Positions 45,643 to 59,404 are shown, numbered from the whole stretch's first letter. The stretch is DNA of 63,959 nt, filler included, from Reclinomonas americana ATCC 50394 (GCA_048213135.1; 38 parts of 38 records of this genome joined end to end with filler, not necessarily neighbours in it), one strand, 5' to 3'. Made by a program: numbers and translations. Notes: generated from the sequence alone by a model not told the origin.

Positions 45643-47113
45643 AGGCGGTCAGGCCGCAGCCGCGGGCGGTGACCACGTCGGCTCCCTGCTCTGCGAGCGC
45701 GATGGCGATCGACTTCGTGCCGTACCCGTCTCGAGCGAGATGCTGAGCCTCGCCGGGGACCACGAACTGCTCGTGCCACGCGTCGGCATCGTCGTCGACG
45801 CCGACCATGGTCATCTCCCCGCCGAGGTGGATGGCCTCGACCGCCTGCCGCCACGACACGTAGCTGTACGCCGCGAATTGAAGCTCGGGCGCGTCGGCGT
45901 GCGGACCGACGACGGCGATCCGACGGCCGGAGACGTCGAGAGGCAGGATTCCGTCGTTCTCGAGGAGGACGACGGAGCGCTCGGCGAGTTCGCGCGAAAG
46001 GTCATCTCCCTCATGCGGTACCGCGACGAGATCGATCTGCTCTGCCGGATACGGATGCTCGAACAGGCCGAGCCGGAACTTCGCCTCCAAGACACGGAAC
46101 ACGGACTCATCGACGAACGCTTGATCGATGCGACCGGCCTCGACCTCCTCGACGAGCACCTGCCCGTAGGCGACGGTGCGGGGGAACTCGACGTCGAGAC
46201 CCGCGCCGATCGCGAGCCGCGCTGCTTCGCCGAGATCGCGCGCAACGCCCTGACGTGTGACGAGCTGTTCGATGCTGGCGTAATCCGCGGAGACGAAGCC
46301 GGTGAAGCCGAGGTCACCTCGGAGGAAGTCGGTGAGGATCTCGCGCGACGCCCCGACGGGCACACCGTCGATGTCGGCATAGGTGTTCATGACGGATGCC
46401 AGACCGGCCTGATGGATCGCCGCCTCGAACGGGAAGGCGAACACGTCGCGCATGCGGCGCGGAGCGATCGTGGCGAGCGACGAGTTCAAGCCCGCCTCCG
46501 GCGCCGCGTAGCCGAGGAAGTGCTTGCCGGTCGCCAGGACTCCCGAGCCGAGGTCGTTGCCCTGGAGCCCTCGGGTGAACGCGACGGAGAGTGCGGCGAC
46601 GAGATACGGGTCCTCACCATAGGTCTCGTGCACGCGGCCCCAGCGCGGATCGATCGCGACGTCCATGACCGGCGACAGCGCGTGACGAAGGCCGACGCGG
46701 ATCATCTGCCGGCGGGTGAGATCGGCCATCTGCTCGACGAGCGTCGGGCTCCACCCCGCGGCCAGCCCGATCGCGGTCGGGAACGCGGGATGACCGCCCG
46801 CCAGGATGCCGTTGAGCGCTTCGGCATGGAAGAGGGCGGGGATGCCGAGCCTCGTGTCCTCGACGAAGCGCCGCTGCATGAGCCCGATGGTGTCGGCGAG
46901 TTGGCGAGCATCATGCAGGATGAGCTGCGCGACATGTCCGGGCGGCGCCGAGAGCAGTTCTTCCGCGGTTGCCACTGCCGAGCCGTCAGGACGGATCAGC
47001 TCCCAGGCGAAGATGCTGGAGATCTGCGCGCATTTCTCCGCCAGCGTCATCCGCTCGAGGAGTGCCGCTGCCCGCTCGGAGGACGTGGAACGGGTGGAGG
47101 TGGGGTTGTCCAT
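45643..47113 (-). CDS. Bacterial-type GH3 beta-glucosidase/xylosidase (3' truncated)
   Basis: MTLAEK, TRLGIP, DPRWGRVHETYGEDP, ATGKHF, GFVSADY (nucleophile Asp), SVVLLENDGILPL; intronless, very GC-rich codons, AAAGG about 7 nt upstream of ATG. Confidence 0.95.
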
Positions 47114-49509
47114 GTGGAGGCCTTTGATCGTCGGTCACTGCGCCGTCGCGCGAACCGGGCGTCCGGCGATGCACGCGTTCATCGACCCTGTCACCTGACG
47201 GAAGAGGGGTGGAATGGTTNNNNNNNNNNNNNNNNNNNNNNNNNNNNNNNNNNNNNNNNNNNNTTAATTAATTAANNNNNNNNNNNNNNNNNNNNNNNNN
47301 NNNNNNNNNNNNNNNNNNNACTAATCCAAACAGCAACACAGCTGCATGATGATCACCATCTTGAGTGAGCACCAGAAACTCAGACATCACGAAAAAAACG
47401 AGAAAAAAGTCGAGATGGCTAATGCTGGCGTTTCTGCAAGAGAAACCACGGCTCATGACAAGCATGGATTTGATGCCGAATTCCACAAAGGAAACGAAAA
47501 AGATAGCAAGAGGTGTTGGTATCAGAAGACATATGTAAAACCAACAGAGCCAGGCAACATGCAATTTAATTTAAGTTGACAGCGGAGCTCGAGAGGGCAA
47601 GCACGTGGTGCCATGGGCTTCGACACGTGACCTCCTTCGACACACTTCAGCAGGCAGCGAGCACCAACGGGGAACATGGTTGAATCTTTTTCCCGATTGC
47701 ATGTGTACCACCGAGCCAACGAGCGCTCAAGAGGATTTTTAGGGGTGTCGATATCTCGTGGCCGCTGTCTCCTGCACATGCAGGCCGGTTTGTGCACAGC
47801 AGTGCAGACTGCAGCTGCGCCGTCAGGAGAGGCTGATCGTCTGCAAGAGCGCATGCAAAGCACTGCACGCGCTCGCATTTCCCTGCGTGTGCGTGCGCAC
47901 GTCTGCAACCGCACTCCGCGCTGCGGGAAGCACTACCACATATGGAAATCGCAAAATGGGGTCTGCAAGCGTCGCAGTGCATGGTCAAGCGTCTAAAATT
48001 TAAAAAGTCACGAGAGCCAGATTGGTTGACCACCGACGTCTCCGAAATGCCATCGCCGCGCACGGCATACCGCCTCCTCGCCTCTCATACAACCATCGAT
48101 AATCCACGCTTCTCCACACGCACTCTCTCGCGTTGCAAGAAAAACGAATGCATTGACGGAGTGGGACAAGTCGACGTTTTGTGCAAGCACTCTTCTCTCC
48201 TCAGCCTCCTCGCACGAGCACATTTGTGCTCATTCCCTATGTCAGTCTGCAGCGATGCCGACTCGGCCGCCGGCAGCATCTGTTGCGCGTGTCACGATGA
48301 TACACAACACAAACACGCACCCAAATATTGACCCTCTCTCTCTTTCTCTCACACGCAGCCTTGTCTGCCGCGCCCTCCATCTCCGTCAGCATCTTTGAAG
48401 GTACATGCACACACACAGTCACACACACACATACACATGCTCACTGTGCATGTGGCAGAACTCGTTGCGGAGTCTCAGCGCCTGTTTGACCTTTGCAGGT
48501 ACACACACACTCTTTCACTCTCTCCCACACACACACTCACTCACTCCACTCAGCCCCAACACACTCGCCACTGTTCGCGAAAGTATTCTCCAATGCCGCC
48601 TGCTGACGCCTTCCCTCGCGAGTCTGTACATGCTAGTGCGCGCCGAGTGCACAGCGGCCGCCGACTATCACTTGTCCATCAGTGGCGCACACAATGTGCG
48701 AGACCCCATGCTCGAGTTGTCACAGTGGCGATCGCAGTTGGAGATGGCCGAGCATGATGTGCGGCGAGTGACTGCCGAGTATTGTGCGGCTGTGGCGGGT
48801 GAGTCTCTCTCCCTGTCTCCCCTTCCTCCTGTTCCTATCCCTCTCCCTGTCCTGCTTCTTCTTCTTCTTCTTCTTCTTCTTCTTCTTCTTCTTCTTCTNN
48901 NNNNNNNNNNNNNNNNNNNNNNNNNNNNNNNNNNNNNNNNNNTTAATTAATTAANNNNNNNNNNNNNNNNNNNNNNNNNNNNNNNNNNNNNNNNNNNNAA
49001 CTGGAACGGTGGATTAGCTCCTGCGCGCGAACGGCTGGTCCCCTTTGGGCGCCGCAAGGTGCGCTAGAACCGCCACACTGAGACGGACAGAATGCACCTA
49101 AGCACGCCCCAAGGGGACTTGTGGATCCTCACAGATGACCATTACGAGCTGGTTACATTGTCCTCATTGAAAAGTCCTATCAGTCTGTAGGGTACCCCTC
49201 AAAATTCGCGTCGGGGATACTGATATCGATCTGTTTCGATCGGTTCGTTGTGTAGGAGTGCGCGTGGGGAAAGGGCACAGTCAGAGTCAAGCGAGTGGTT
49301 CTATTCTCTGCGCCGTCCATTGGAAAACTGAGCCGTCAGCAACTGCACGAATCAATTGCAAGTATTGCGAACAGAAAGTGCCGTGCAGAGATCAACAGCA
49401 ACCTCAACAACAACTGTACTAATACAAACAGCAACCCAGCTGCCCTGCAGATTACCATCCTGAGCAGTACCAGAGACTGAGGCCTCGCGGAATTCGAACA
49501 GACCACGTG

Positions 49510-50182
49510 CCGACCTGCACAAGCTAAACAAGTCGACGGCGGAGAATGAGAAGACGTCGACGAGCCTGAAACCTGCAGTTGCAGATGTTAGCTCAACACA
49601 AGCGCATATGCAATTACAGTTCCTCTTGCGCCGTCCGTTTTCATGCCTGCAGGACACAACGATCGCGACACAAAACCATGTGCGCACTCGTTCTCCTTTG
49701 TCTCCTCCTCGCGCTCTTCCTCTCCATCAGCAGTGCCACCAGCAGTGACGCCAATGACCCGATTGTCACAGTCGCCGGCACAGACACACTGGTGATACCG
49801 AGCTCGAGTGGACGACTTGCAAAAGCTGCACAAGTTCGACGACGGAGAACGAGAAGACGCCGACGAGCCTAAAACCCGTAGATGAAGATGTTAGCTCAAC
49901 ACAAAGGCATATGCAATTACAGGTCCTCGTGCACCGTCCGCTTTCATGCTTGCAGGACACAACGATCGCGACACATACAAAATCATGCGCGCACTCGTTG
50001 TTCTCTGTCTCCTCCTCGCCCTCGTCTTTGCCAACAGTGCCACTAGTGACGCCAATGACCCGATTGTCACAGTCGCCGGCACAGACACACTGGTGATGCC
50101 GGGTGGACCTGCGCCCACGGTCGACCCCGACCTGCACAAGCTGCACAAGTCGACAACGGAGAATGAGAAGACGCCGACGAGC
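49510..50182. repeat. Tandem duplication, unit about 305-315 bp, covering the upstream region and start of a gene
   Basis: CACAAG...GAGAA(T/C)GAGAAGACG(T/C)CGACGAGC three times; AGTGACGCCAATGACCCGATTGTCACAGTCGCCGGCACAGACACACTGGTGAT twice. Confidence 0.9.
49678..49872 (+). pseudogene. Truncated, frameshifted duplicate of the first exon at 49985
   Basis: Same signal peptide and SDANDPIVTVAGTDTLV, then shifts frame and stops. Confidence 0.6.
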
Positions 50183-50279
50183 TCGAATGTTGTGGAGTTG
50201 AACGCAGAGTCGTTGCGGTTGAAGCTGCTGTCGAGACACGCGCGTGCGTGGGTCATCAACTTCCATTCGGGGCGCGATG
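49985..50279 (+). CDS. Secreted thioredoxin-fold (PDI-like) protein, first exon
   Basis: Signal peptide, then NVVELNAESL...AWVINFHS, like the start of PDI Trx domains; G|GTGAGT donor. Confidence 0.55.
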
Positions 50280-50456
50280 GTGAGTGTGTGACACGTGTCA
50301 CTTGTGTGTGTGTGTTTGTGTGTTTGTGTGTGGAATGCGTGTGTGTGTTGTGTGTGAGAGAGAGGGGAGAGAGAGAGTGCAGTGTGCGTGTGCGTGTGTG
50401 AGAGTGCAGTGTGTGCGTGAGCGGCTCGATGTGATAGATTGATCTTGCATGCATTC

Positions 50457-50547
<91 letters not shown>

Positions 50548-50933
50548 CTCTCTACTCTACTACTCTCTCTCGNNNNNNNNNNNNNNNNNNNNNNNNNNNN
50601 NNNNNNNNNNNNNNNNTTAATTAATTAANNNNNNNNNNNNNNNNNNNNNNNNNNNNNNNNNNNNNNNNNNNNGAAGACATGGGGGAAGACATGGGGGGAA
50701 GACATGGGGGGAAGACATGGGAAGAAGAGTGGGGAAGAGGAAGGGAGAAGAGATGGGGGAAGAGATGGGGGAGCGAAGGGGGAAGACGATGGGGGAAGTG
50801 ATGGGGGAAGCAAAGGGGGGAAGAGAAGGGGGAAGCGAAGGGGAGAAGAGAAGGAGACGGAAAGGAGGCGAAACGGCGAGAAGCACGTGGATAATCGAGA
50901 CGAAAAGAAAGTGGGCAACCGAGGAGATGGCAC

Positions 50934-52033
50934 TTACCGATCATGGTGTTGAGAAGAACACCGAGACACGCCACAGTTAACCGTGCACTGGTGGCATGCT
51001 GCATGATTTCCACCTGCGACAACGAAGAAAGCAAACAAAGAGTCAGCAAGCAACGCAATGAGAACAAGCCTCCATCCCCTTTTCCGCCGCACCAACGCCG
51101 GCATGCCCAACGCCTTATTGAAATCATCGCGCGCCACCGGCTGATCCGCCAACACATTCTGCAACGCCTGCGCCGCAATCGTCGCCAGCTCCTCCTCCCC
51201 CGCCGGCGTCGCCGCATCCAACGCATCCCCTCCGCGCAAATCATCGCGCGCCGACTCCATCCACTCAGTATCCTCCACCGCCAACGTCAAGTACCCAATC
51301 AGCGCCCCCGTCACACTGCCCGTCGCACTGCTCTTGGCCGCGGCCGTGGAGCGCACCAGCCGACTGACCAGTGACAGATTCCGCAGCGCTCGGAGCGCCA
51401 ACGACGCAGCCACGCTCATCTCGCGCAGAGTCATCTTTCGTCGCCGCCCATGTCGAACGCGCGGAGACAGCTGCTGCAGCATGGATTCATCTTCAACTTC
51501 TTCGTCTTGTTGCTGCTGCTCGTGCTGATCGAAATCCAATGGTGCTGCTGCAGCTCCCTCTCCAGCACTGCTTATAATGACCATGACATCGCGATCGACG
51601 GCCGTGAATCGACGGGGCGAGTTGAGCGGGGTGCCGAGGCCGCGTTCGCGCGCGAGCAGCGTGCACCAGCCGCGAAGAAGCGCGCACAGATTGCGCACAA
51701 AGGTGGCGTCGACTTGCTTGGCGATGCTCGTGTGCACAGTCGCCGACTCGGTCCAGATGGCCAGGCGTCGCCACGCGCCTAGTGTGCCAATGATGTCCTT
51801 GTCGCGGAAGAGCTGTGTGAGAGCGCGTGTGTGTGAGAGAGAGAGGCAGTCGGTCAGTGTGTGAGTCAGTGTGGAAGGAGCTGACCGTCAAGGCGACGAG
51901 GGCGTGCATGTCGTGACCGGCGTGAGTGACTGTGTGTGAGAGAGGTGCAGGGTGAGTGTATCTGTGTGTGTCTGGCGGCAGTGGGCGAAGAGCGAGACCG
52001 TTGGTGAATAGCTCATCGCTGCTGGTCGCCATG
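50934..52033 (-). CDS. Helical (ARM-like) repeat protein, 5' exons
   Basis: ALRALRNLS, AAQALQNVL, VACLGVLLN resemble armadillo helix 3; GT-AG introns. Confidence 0.5.
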
Positions 52034-52118
52034 TTTCGTTTCGATGACAAACGAACGGGGCACCATGACAACATTTTTTCCAAACTGCAGCGCAGTTGCG
52101 TGTTGTGTATGTGGAGGT

Positions 52119-52247
<129 letters not shown>

Positions 52248-52452
52248 NNNNNNNNNNNNNNNNNNNNNNNNNNNNNNNNNNNNNNNNNNNNTTAATTAAT
52301 TAANNNNNNNNNNNNNNNNNNNNNNNNNNNNNNNNNNNNNNNNNNNNAGAGAGAGATTGAAAGGGAGGGAGAGACAGAGAGAAGGGAGAAGGGAGCAGGG
52401 AGAAGGGGAGAGAGAGTGCGAGGGTGGAGCTGAGCGAACATGAGAATGCACA

Positions 52453-52492
<40 letters not shown>

Positions 52493-53340
52493 ATGTGTGT
52501 GTTTGTGTGTGTGAGAGAGAGCGACATATTGAGCAAGTGAGACATAATAGGGTGGAGCTGAGAGAGAACAATGAATGGACAAGACGAGCAAGAGAAAGAC
52601 AGTGGGTGAGTGTGAGGCCAGAGAAGAGAGACAGAGTGAGGACCAGAGCTGGTGTGAGAGCAACAGAATGAACCAGTGAGAAAGGCAGCGTGTTGAATTC
52701 AAACGAGGAAGAAAGAGAGACTGGGAAGAGAGAGATACGTGGAGAGGGGCGGGAGCGAAGGAGACACAAGAGGCAAGAGGGGAAGAAGAAGATCGAGAGT
52801 GAGAGGAGTTGAGACGACGAATGGTAGCAAGAGAAGAAGAGGTGGAGAAGGAGAGTGGTGTGTGGAGATTGGGGTGGCTGGGAGGGCAGAGGAGTGAGAA
52901 AAACAAGGGAGTGCGGGAGATGCACGGCAGAGGAATGGAGTGGATCAGCAGTGAGGGACTCACATGTGAGACAAGAGCAGTTAGTTTCGTGTGTTAGGCC
53001 GGGCGATGCATTGTCTTCTCAAGACTTCGTGCGGATGACGTTCACGTTGCTCAGTACTTTCCGTTCTACTCCCTGGCATCCCCGCTTATTCCCCGTTTTC
53101 CCCCGGTGAAGAGCGCAAGGAGTTCTCTCCTCTTGCCTTCTTTCAGCTCTCTCCACAATAGAAACAGCCGGCGATAGTAGCTTCGCAGACATAGCACCAC
53201 CCTCGTTTTCATTACCTTCTTGGCTCACCCTCCCTTTCACCAGATTCATCCGCCAATGGCATCATCATCGCCTTTGTCACCATCGCCTAGCCCTTCGAGG
53301 CGGCGGCTGTAGAACCTCACGCCCCGTCCGTCCTGTCGAT

Positions 53341-53717
53341 GTGCCGCCGGCCTCCAACTATGTGGCGAGAGCGGCATCCGAAGAATCAGCAGCGCCGACT
53401 GCTCAGTCAGGTTCAGCGCAGTCGCCTCCCGTTCAGCAAAAGATTCACGCCCTCCACGAGGCCAACACCATGAAGGCCGTGCTCCCGCTGGCCAACGATC
53501 CGAACAACCTCTCCACTCTGGAGTGCCTCGTTGCGTCGACACCGATGAGTGCGCAGTGTGCGGAGTCTCTTTGTCTGACACACATCACGCTTGCCAGGTT
53601 CCTCTGTGGGCCAACCGGACAACGGCGGAGGCCGACTCGGCGGGGGGGCGCGCCACTGCGCAGCTGGCGGACGACATGTTGGACAAGTTTGTCAGTCGCG
53701 AGAAGCCAACTGACAAG
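53341..53717 (+). CDS. Exons of an unknown protein (intron 53530-53597)
   Basis: Splicing joins ...LSTLECL to VPLWANR...KPTDK, then a GTGTGG donor; 5' end uncertain. Confidence 0.4.
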
Positions 53718-54021
53718 GTGTGGCGACAAACACTGCAAGGGAGAAGAGAGTAGAGGGAGAAAAGGAAACTGAGAAGGAGAGGGTGGGCGGTGAAAGTGTG
53801 TGTGAGTGAGTGAGGGAAATTGAGCATCAGCTGGAGGGTGCTTATTCTCTCTCTCTCTCTGCATGGTGCGGTAATGTATACACTGCAAGAGAGAGAGAAA
53901 CAGAAAAGAGAAGGTAGGCAANNNNNNNNNNNNNNNNNNNNNNNNNNNNNNNNNNNNNNNNNNNNTTAATTAATTAANNNNNNNNNNNNNNNNNNNNNNN
54001 NNNNNNNNNNNNNNNNNNNNN

Positions 54022-55132
54022 GTGATTGACAAGAGCGAGACGTGCTGCAACTGCTAATCAACGAAGCACTCACCAAACATAAATTCAGCACAGCTGCTGT
54101 CGTTAGCACTTGAAGAGGCATTTCAGCTAACCCAGCCACCCTGGGCAAGCGCTGGAACAGCGCCGACGGACACCAAGAGCGGAACTCCTGGTATGGGAGC
54201 ACGCTCTCCATATTCTGCTCCCACGAATCACGTTGCTCGTCGGCGACAGCTGGACCTGCCACTGGTGCTGGCATTGCATTCGGAGCACCAGGAAGCAGCT
54301 GCATTGCCGCCGCACTACCCAGCACATTCTACCATTAGCGCACGCCACACTCGAGAGCAACGAGTCGATGGAAACAACTCACCATCGCTGGCGGTACACC
54401 GCAGCGGTACCGGCACTGCAACACATCCAACAGTCAGTCACTGCGCCTGTCGAATCAAAACCACCTGAGAGCGGTTCTTGCTTACCTGTTCTCGAACGCG
54501 CTCTTGATCGCCTGCAACTCAGGACATGCATCGATCTGCCACTGACCATCAGCGGGGAAGTCGGCTCTGCTGAGCACAATTCCAGCTTGTGCAAGGTTGG
54601 CATTGCCATCGGGGGAGAGACTCGAATCGTCGGGAATCCAGTCTGCCACGTGATCTACGACACGGCAGAGAGTGACAGTGAGCGCCGTGTGTGCAGCGTG
54701 CATGCAAAGAGTGTTGCCATGATTTACATAACGATCAATGACGTCGCGTGGGATCGCGTTCTCAAGACGGAGGTTTGAGCGCTCCTTGAACAGCTCTGTC
54801 GACACCACACACGACAACAACTTCACAGCGTGAGTGTTGTTCGACGACGGGAGAAGAGCGGAGATGAGAGTTGGCGAACCACTTGTTGACAACTCGTCTG
54901 ATGATCCTGATATGTGCGACGAACAAACATGCCAAACACAAAACAAGAGACACACACAGAGAGAGGAGTGAGAGAGATGACTGTGACCGTGCCACGACTG
55001 AGTCACACACGCACCAGTGCGTTGTCGTTTCTGTGGCGGCTCGTCTTCACCCGTATCATCCTCAGAGGCATCCCGCGCACGCCTCCCACTCACTCCAGCT
55101 GCAGCAGACTCGTCAGGGCTCTCATCTGCCAT
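54022..55132 (-). CDS. Unknown multi-exon protein (MADESPDES...)
   Basis: ATG, NLS-like PPQKRQRT, several GT-AG introns; no family recognised. Confidence 0.45.
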
Positions 55133-57174
55133 CTGATGAAACTACAGGACAGAAGCGCGAGGCGAGGAAGAACACAGTCCTCGTCGGCACTGCTGCGTGG
55201 AGGACAGGAGGAGACACTGTGTGCACCTGGGCTGCACCGCTCGCTCGTGATAGGAAATCATTATTGCCAAAAAAACAAACATCCACCATGCACTCATTAC
55301 TTCGCCACCAGCTCACAAATGCACTCAAAAAACATCACACAAACGAAGCATTGAACGTTGACAATAGGAAGAGAAGCAGAGAGAGAAAGGGAGAGCTTAC
55401 TCCAGCAGGTCGGCACGCGGAAGGCAGCAGTCGGGAATGCCAAACGCATCGCAAATGTCGAGCGAGTACGCGGTGAGGTTGTGTGCAAGCGTCTCGTACG
55501 CCTCCTGATTCAGCCGACCCATTTCCGCACACACCACATTGTTGGCTGCCAAACAGACAACAGAGATTGATATCGGAGAAGAGACGGCAGACAGGNNNNN
55601 NNNNNNNNNNNNNNNNNNNNNNNNNNNNNNNNNNNNNNNTTAATTAATTAANNNNNNNNNNNNNNNNNNNNNNNNNNNNNNNNNNNNNNNNNNNNAATCA
55701 ACCTCGTGACTTCAATCACACTCACAGTCGGTCGGTGAATCGTCTCACGCATGTGCTGTGAGCACGTGCCGGCATGTCGCATGTATGCCAGTCACTTGCC
55801 AGCACGCCTGTGTTCATGGCACACACCGAACTGAGTCAGTCGATCTCCGAGCCTCATCAACTTGCTCCTCAGTGCAGATACAGAACACGCACGCACCATG
55901 TGTTGCTGGCCGATCACGCGTCGACGTCTGCAGTCTTCCGTGGCCACCACCATTGTCACTCGGCAGTGTGAGTAGCAACCAACGTGCGCACATCATCGAT
56001 CCGCTCCGACTTGCCAGCCGGGATTGAAAACGATCCACCGACCAGGCCATCTATCGCACATCACGACACGCATGTGTACATCCACCCAGCCACGCTCTCC
56101 ATGACGTGCACGGCCTGCATGGATGAGGTGAGTGGGAGGGAAGGAGGAAAGAGAGATCACGACAAACAAGGCCACACACCTGCTGAGTGCATTGGTGGGA
56201 TGCGAGTGGGGAGCCGAGTGAGTGAGGTGACTGCCGGCAACAGGCGAGGCACATCACGCCTGTCATCGCCACGACATGCTTTCCATGGTGTCTGCATGTC
56301 GGTACACTGTGAGCGAAGATTGGAGGAATGAGAGAGAAATCTGCTCTGTCTCACTGAACAACACACCGATCAGCACCTGATATCAACATGCGTTTGTCAA
56401 GAAGCAAGCCAAGGGACGCTTCTGTACACACATCCATCCTGCAAGGGAGAGGGAGAAAGAGCAGAGTCAGCATGCAGGCACAATACCTCCTTCGAAGCTT
56501 CGGTGTCGGGATGCTCACCAATGCCTAACGCGATGGCAGTATGGCAGCCGGTGCATCTCGAGCAGACCAGCATGCTCGGCATCAAACGTGCGCGTGGAAG
56601 GAAGGGTGGACGACTGAGGACGAAAATGAGTGTACAAGGGAGGAAGGTGGAGAAAGAGAGAGATTCTGCAAGGGATATGAAAGAGGGAGAGCGGGATGGC
56701 ATGCATTCTTCAGAGCAGAAAGGAGAATGTCCACGTCGCACATGCACGATCGGACACAAGTAGTGGAGCGAAGAAAGTGCGCAGAACAAGACGCGGCGAA
56801 ACAAACATCGGCGACTTGCTCTCCTGAGGCACGTACATGGGCGACGAAAGATGCACGCACAAGAGACATCACAACGAGACAAAAAGACACAACAGACTCC
56901 CAAGTGATTCATCTCGCTCGCACACACAAAGGGAGGTGAGAATAATACACGCATACAGAAGGAGACATGCTTCACGCCCGCACAATCACATTCACATGAA
57001 AGGGCAACAAACACAGAGAACAACTCTTCATCAACGACCTCTCTCTTTTCCTCTGTCGTCCTCTCTTCCCCCTCCTGCACCCACATGATCACCCGCACCC
57101 CCGCGCAAGCTTAAGACACGAAAAAACAACTCCCAGTCACCAGCAGCCACCTTCCCTCCCTTCGACTCACCAAC

Positions 57175-57269
57175 TCAGCACCGAAAAAGGACGACCTCGG
57201 CATCCTCGACAATGAAGCAGCGCAGAACCAGCTCGGGAAGGCATCGCGAATCTTCTTCTTCCTCGACTG
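57175..57269 (-). CDS. C-terminus of a paralog of the WD40 gene at 18682
   Basis: Reads VEEEEDSRCLPELVLRCFIVEDAEVVLFRC*; last 25 aa identical to the 19155 gene despite synonymous differences. Confidence 0.85.
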
Positions 57270-57371
57270 NNNNNNNNNNNNNNNNNNNNNNNNNNNNNNN
57301 NNNNNNNNNNNNNTTAATTAATTAANNNNNNNNNNNNNNNNNNNNNNNNNNNNNNNNNNNNNNNNNNNNCG

Positions 57372-57473
<102 letters not shown>

Positions 57474-57528
57474 CATTTGTCGCGTGTGTGCGCGCCTAGT
57501 TTGTCTCACGCTCCTCTCCGGTGTGCAG

Positions 57529-58353
57529 AAACTGTGGCAAGCTGTGCAGGTGGTGGAGGCCTTGCAGCGCTTTCTCCACTCCAATGGCGAGGTGCTGTGG
57601 AAAGTGACCGGCAGCGCTCCGCCACCAGTGATCTTCTGCGGCGACTTCAACTCGTTCCCTTGGAGGTACGACGCGTGTGTGTTGTGTCTGAGTGTGTATG
57701 TGTGTGTGTGTGCACGATACTAATCCTCTCCCACAGCGCGGTGTATCACTACCTTGACTCGGGTAGCGTGCCCACCATTCACCCCGACGTGCAGTGGGAT
57801 CCAACGCAGTACCTGTCGACACTGCCGCTGGAGCACTCGCTGCCCCTCCGCAGCGTGTACTCGCATCCGGTGTCGCTGGAGCACGAGGAACGCGACTTTG
57901 AGGTGATGCCGTGTCCGGCCACCCACGACGGTCCGAACCGCACGCCTCGCTCGCACCACGAACCGCCGTTCACCCTGTGGAGTCCTCGCGACACCGGCAC
58001 GGTGGACTACATGTGGTACACGCCACCGCCGCTGACAGCACACGATGGCGACCTCAGTCCGGCCACACCGACCACACCCGGCGGCAGCAAAGCATCGGCC
58101 TCGGTGACCGACGGACTCCGTCTCACCGCCTTTGTGCCTATGCCGGGCATCAAGGACATTGAGGCTGCAGGTGAGAAAATGAGGAGGAAGAGGCAGTGGG
58201 GGCAAAGAGTGGAAAGGGAGAAGCTGACGCACGCGATTTGTGGAGCACGCAGGCACTCAGCCTCCGTACCCGGGAATCCCCAATGCGGCGCACGGTTCGG
58301 ATCATCTCTTTCTCTGTGCGCGTTTCTGCTGGATGGCTACCGAAGATGACTGA
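57529..58353 (+). CDS. CCR4/Angel/PDE12-type EEP nuclease, C-terminal exons
   Basis: PVIFCGDFNS, HSLPLRSVY, EPPFT...GTVDYMWY, GIPNAAHGSDHL. Confidence 0.9.
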
Positions 58354-59042
58354 GGAGTGAGTGAACGAAGCGAAGGCAGTTCGTTCACCGACAATAAGAG
58401 CAACAGAAGCAGTTATTTTTTGATGTAGCAGTCTTGAGTGCCCAGCCACCCCTCACCCTCCTTTCGAAGCACACGAAAACGTCGTGGCGCACAAGAGTCC
58501 CGCAAATCATTGTCCCGCTTTATTCGCGCGCGTCCGTCTACGTTGTTGGCATAGCATGGGTCGTTGTCTGCGCGGGGTATGATTGACGACTCTGACTTCC
58601 TGGATGGCGACGATGACGCAGTGCGACGTGAGGCCACTGTGATCGAGGATGACGACGAGGATTGCATCGTCGAGTGGCGTGACATTCCACCAGCACCGCG
58701 CGTGGGCATCTTGTGTGAGAAGAGGAGGAAGAAACGAGATGAAGTGGGCGACGAAGAGGAGGATGAGGAGGAAGAGGAGGGAAAGGAGAATGCGAACCGC
58801 AACGGTGAGTGGACTATGAGTGTGCTCGCGTTTCCCGCAACGTCGGAATTGACCCACGTGACTTTGGTGTCACTTCAAGTGGGCAAAAAGCCCGCGAATT
58901 CTATTCTTTCGTGCTCTTTCCTGCGCACGCACCACCTCTCCANNNNNNNNNNNNNNNNNNNNNNNNNNNNNNNNNNNNNNNNNNNNTTAATTAATTAANN
59001 NNNNNNNNNNNNNNNNNNNNNNNNNNNNNNNNNNNNNNNNNN

Positions 59043-59143
<101 letters not shown>

Positions 59144-59163
59144 TCCCTAACTTCCCCCACTCA

Positions 59164-59404
59164 CCACACACAACCGCAGAGGCCTCTTGCGCACCAAGTG
59201 CCCTCGCAACACCCTCTGAATCTGCACCGCAGCCGCCACCCACCCCAGCAAGCGCCACCCAAATCGCCTCGGCGGCAACATCAACATTCCATCGGCAAAC
59301 GCATGCCCGCCGCCTCGCGCCAACCGCCGCTCAATGCTCACATTGTGTAAACATAGTCGCACAATGGCACGGAGGTGCGAGGGTGAGCTGTAGCCGGCCC
59401 ACAT
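59164..59404 (-). CDS. IQ-motif-containing exon
   Basis: AAVQIQRVLRGHLVRK matches IQxxxRGxxxR; followed by a GTGAGT donor. Confidence 0.5.

Noticed and set aside
45740..47275. 511-aa ORF antisense to the GH3 gene
   Set aside because: Shadow ORF expected from high-GC codon bias; no recognisable motifs.
47320..48898. Gene call for this contig
   Set aside because: Exon-like stretches exist near 47981-48800, but I could not build a consistent model or recognise a family.
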